From Amoebophrya sp. A120 (taxonomy: Eukaryota; Protista; Dinoflagellata): a stretch of 64,000 nt of DNA. Of the stretch, positions 61,059 to 64,000 are shown one piece after another. The notes beneath the pieces were generated by a model. That model saw only the letters and a program-made list of their open reading frames with translations. It made no database searches and had not been told where the DNA came from. A program made the position numbers and the translations under genes. Position 1 is the stretch's first letter; each line of letters opens with the position of its first letter. The stretch is taken from the NCBI GenBank assembly GCA_905178155.1, contig CAJINV010000005.1:5855754-5919753 (forward strand), in the 5' to 3' direction.

Positions 61059-61781
61059 TTAAGTACGCCCCACGATGGCGAGTACGTGGCCGCCGCCCCC
61101 CGCCGAACCCTTAGGGGGGTTTGGGCCCAGTGAATCTGCAGGACCAAAGATAGGAACATCGGGGACACATACACAGCTCCCACCATTTTCAGAAGGTATG
61201 GCCCCCGCTACCGCAGCCGCTGCAGAAACGCCGTCCCTTACTGCGCCGTACGGTGTCCATTCGCAGCGCTGATAATGATATTTCGCGAAGTGTTCAGCGT
61301 TTGGCAGAGCCTTTGTATGTGGGCACAGACCTCTCTCAGCTACATATTCGCGAACCGAATCATGCTCCGTGTCACGTGGGACTGCGTAGTAACAAAAATA
61401 TTTCGGATATTCTATCTTTTCGTCTCTCCAGCTGCACGGCAAGTGGAATACGTCCGTGATTTCCGAGTGGTCGTAATACGTGACAGCTTTCAAGGCAGGG
61501 TCGCGGTCGAGCTCCTGCTTCTTGATCGGGAAATGCTCGCTTGGTCTTAGTACTTGGCTTGGGTCTGGGGATGGGACTTCGCCGATGCTGGCCTCGTCCA
61601 GCTCCAGCAGGCGCAGGGGCGCAGGATCATGAGTCTGCCCATCACGATTATCCTCGGGCGGGTCGCTGGAGGGGTCATAGGAGCCGGGTTCGTGGCCGAC
61701 GCGGGAAGGATCGTGCTGGCCCTGGTCCTTGTCCGATACGCATGCGCAACCCCCCTGGCCGAAACTGTAACTGAGGCTCAA
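61059..61781 (-). CDS. Cys-containing hypothetical ORF (240 aa), probably part of a larger repeat-domain gene
   Basis: Contains TYYDHSEITDVFHLPC, similar to TYYQHSVGTDVFKYLPC in the upstream fragment. Confidence 0.5.
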   Translation of the reverse strand: MSLSYSFGQGGCACVSDKDQGQHDPSRVGHEPGSYDPSSDPPEDNRDGQTHDPAPLRLLELDEASIGEVPSPDPSQVLRPSEHFPIKKQELDRDPALKAVTYYDHSEITDVFHLPCSWRDEKIEYPKYFCYYAVPRDTEHDSVREYVAERGLCPHTKALPNAEHFAKYHYQRCEWTPYGAVRDGVSAAAAVAGAIPSENGGSCVCVPDVPIFGPADSLGPNPPKGSAGGGGHVLAIVGRT

Positions 61782-62923
61782 AACTTTGCCGAATTATTCA
61801 AATGAAAAATCCCTGTCCCATACTCAAAGAAACTCCGCCAAGCAGCGACATGATTTGTGATGTACATCACGCCCTGTCACCCATGCTGTTGGCGATGTCG
61901 CACTGGACGTCAAATTCTCCGACGCATCAAAGCCAGGCATTCTACCATTTGCAGGAACTGCCGGGCGGGGGGGGGGGGGGGGGTTGGCAGGAAGTACCAT
62001 TTGCAGTCCCTCGGGGGAGCGGGCTGGAGCTAGCATTTGCAGGAACTACCATCTGCAGTCCCTCGCGGGAGCTGGCAGACTTGTTGCGACCTGGCGCTGA
62101 TTGGAGCGACCCTAACTGAATCTGCAAACAACATTTACAAGTGTGGAGGACCAGTTTAGGTCAACTTTCACTTTGGCAGCCTGCCTGCATCAACATCCAG
62201 CGATGGCCCCAATCCGTATAGCTGCAGAAGATGAGTAAGACTAAGGGTAGTTCTTGCAGAACTTGAAGTAGATGATACGAGTGCGCAGCAGCGTACACGT
62301 ACAATGACAGTAAGAAGTCTTCTACTAACTACGTATTCGGCAAGGCACTGTTTCCACTCTACTAAGCTGTCTAGTCTTGTCGTGTCGATCTGCGGCGCCA
62401 AATGAATCTAGAAACCTTAAAGTGACCTAGATTCTTCACTCCCTTGAAGTCTGGGAACGGGGATTTTTCTCGTCACGATAGCACTACTTCGCTTAGTTCG
62501 AGCTGCCTGCAATTGACTACGCCAGGGGTTTGGGACGTTGATCCACGCTGATACAGCTGCGGGCATTTTTATGGAAACAAAAAACGCTGCCTACAGCTAC
62601 TCCAATGCACGTGCATGCGCAAAAAAGATTCTCCGGCGCACGAGAGAAAACGGAAACATTCCGGCGATGGCGATGGGTTTATTCTGTATGACATCGAGCT
62701 TACTTCTGTTCTAATTCAGGCACTGGGATGGAGACCAAAGTAATAAAATGATCACGAGCGTGGCGAAAGTTATACACACTTCCACCGTTTCGGGTGTCAT
62801 GAGTTTCTGCATGGAAAATCATTCTCATTCAGGCATGCCTGCGCATGGATGAGGATAACGATAAAGCCCAAACGTTAAAAAAATGATCAGCGTGCCGCGC
62901 ATAATTCGCGCAACATCTATCTT

Positions 62924-63878
62924 CTACTGAACGTGAGCACTAGACTTATATTTGACTCCTCGCCACAATGCCAAAATCCCTTCGCGAACGCGATAAGTTT
63001 CGTAGTTGTAGAGACAGCACTGCTCTTCGCTTTCGTAACCTCCCTTGCTTGACATCCTCCAACTTTTGCTCATAATGCTCGTCGGTGCGAAGTATTCGGG
63101 CGGTGCAGTAACCAGAACGCTCGTTGGCGGGCAGAATATCCTCGTCTGGGCGAACGCGAACAGCCTTTGTTGTATGACAGGGAAGGTATTTGAAGACATC
63201 TGTGCCAACGGAATGCTGATAATTATGGGATTCTCAAATGTCACATTCTCAACTGTTACATGAATTTGTCGTGCAAGAACAGCAAAAGTGAACGCGGGAA
63301 GATTGCGCGCTTTGCATTACAAATTTGGAGCGCATTCAGGTGGTGTTTAGCCCTTCGAGAATTTGTCATGCGAAGCACCTTGATCGTGTGGCGGCTTATG
63401 GTTATTTTGCATGACAAATCATGTAACTGCTGAGAATGTAACAGTTGAGAACGCCATAATAATACGTATTCTCTTTCATGTTCTTCTCGATGTAGGCTTT
63501 GACGTCTTCTCCTTCGCCGCAGCACCCTCCTTGCGGCAAGTTTTTCGAGGTCTCCTCAGAAACTTGAGCTGGAGCTGTCCGCCCTGCGGACGTCTCTCGA
63601 GGTGAAGGCTGTTCAGCAGGAGGTATTTTTTCGACATGATGATCATCGGGCGGGACGGGAGTAACTTTGCGACCCAACAACGTAGGAAAAGGAGTAGGAC
63701 ATAGCTCCGCCTCCGCAAAGGTACTGAAAGGCCCTCCTGCAGCGGGTGATCCTTGCGCCTGCCCTGGGGAGAGATCTTCATCGGGTGCTGCAGCCGTTCC
63801 TTCAGAACCACTCTGGAGCTCCCAAGTATCGCATTGAAGACACCACTCCCCAAAAGAGAAAAAACAACAGACAAGCAC
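62924..63878 (-). CDS. Fragment paralogous to 61059-61781, one introner, probable frameshift near 63045
   Basis: KENTYY|QHSVGTDVFKYLPC after removing 63224-63458. Confidence 0.45.
63224..63458. mobile_element. Introner F5, 235 bp
   Basis: DR ATAAT/ATAAT. Confidence 0.9.
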
Positions 63879-64000
63879 TGTCGACGCAATATAGATAGAT
63901 GATGGCGCAGGCGTGAGTGTTGAGTTGCAGAGGGCATCCAGGATTCATTGCCGATGTCTAAGATTGCATGTTTAAATTGATGCATCAAGAAGACAGCTCC

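Noticed and set aside
4279-63458. Ciliate-like internal eliminated sequences removed at DNA level
   Set aside because: Not excluded by sequence alone, but disfavoured: boundaries grade into GT-AG introns and decayed DRs still give precise joins. Kept as a refuting test.
468-63605. Plus-strand ORFs of 60-220 aa
   Set aside because: Mostly antisense shadows of minus-strand exons or repeat translations; no recognisable motifs.
1-64000. tRNA, rRNA, snRNA or dinoflagellate spliced-leader relics
   Set aside because: None recognised by eye; a covariance-model search would be needed to exclude them.

Overview
Eukaryotic genomic DNA, most likely from the parasitic dinoflagellate (syndinean) Amoebophrya; the organism is inferred from gene architecture, not from a search. 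All ~17 genes or gene fragments I can support lie on the minus strand. Three are recognisable: RPN10 (21098-23665), CDC14 (27357-32538) and a GPR180/TMEM145-like 7TM protein (46843-55054). There is also a Canopy-like ER saposin-fold protein ending RDEL (16786-20447). The rest are orphan secreted or membrane proteins, some frameshifted. The dominant feature is about 63 short elements (mostly 112-426 bp) in about 11 families. Almost all start TAT and end ATA, carry terminal inverted repeats, are flanked by a 5-bp direct repeat (DR) and sit inside coding sequence. Removing an element plus one DR copy rebuilds the conserved proteins exactly (CDS lengths 1245, 1449, 1422 and 1791 nt, all multiples of 3), so they behave as non-GT-AG, transposon-derived introns (introners). 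As I recall, such introns are already published for Amoebophrya. The points beyond that: two elements separated by a zero-length exon, a 1-nt exon, an element nested in another's terminus, both orientations tolerated, a 3.9-kb introner carrying a foldback element, one internal 9-mer shared by all families and by the GT-AG introns, and a visible series from introner to canonical intron. No rRNA, tRNA, CRISPR array or transposase ORF was found. There is an assembly gap at 1744-2167.
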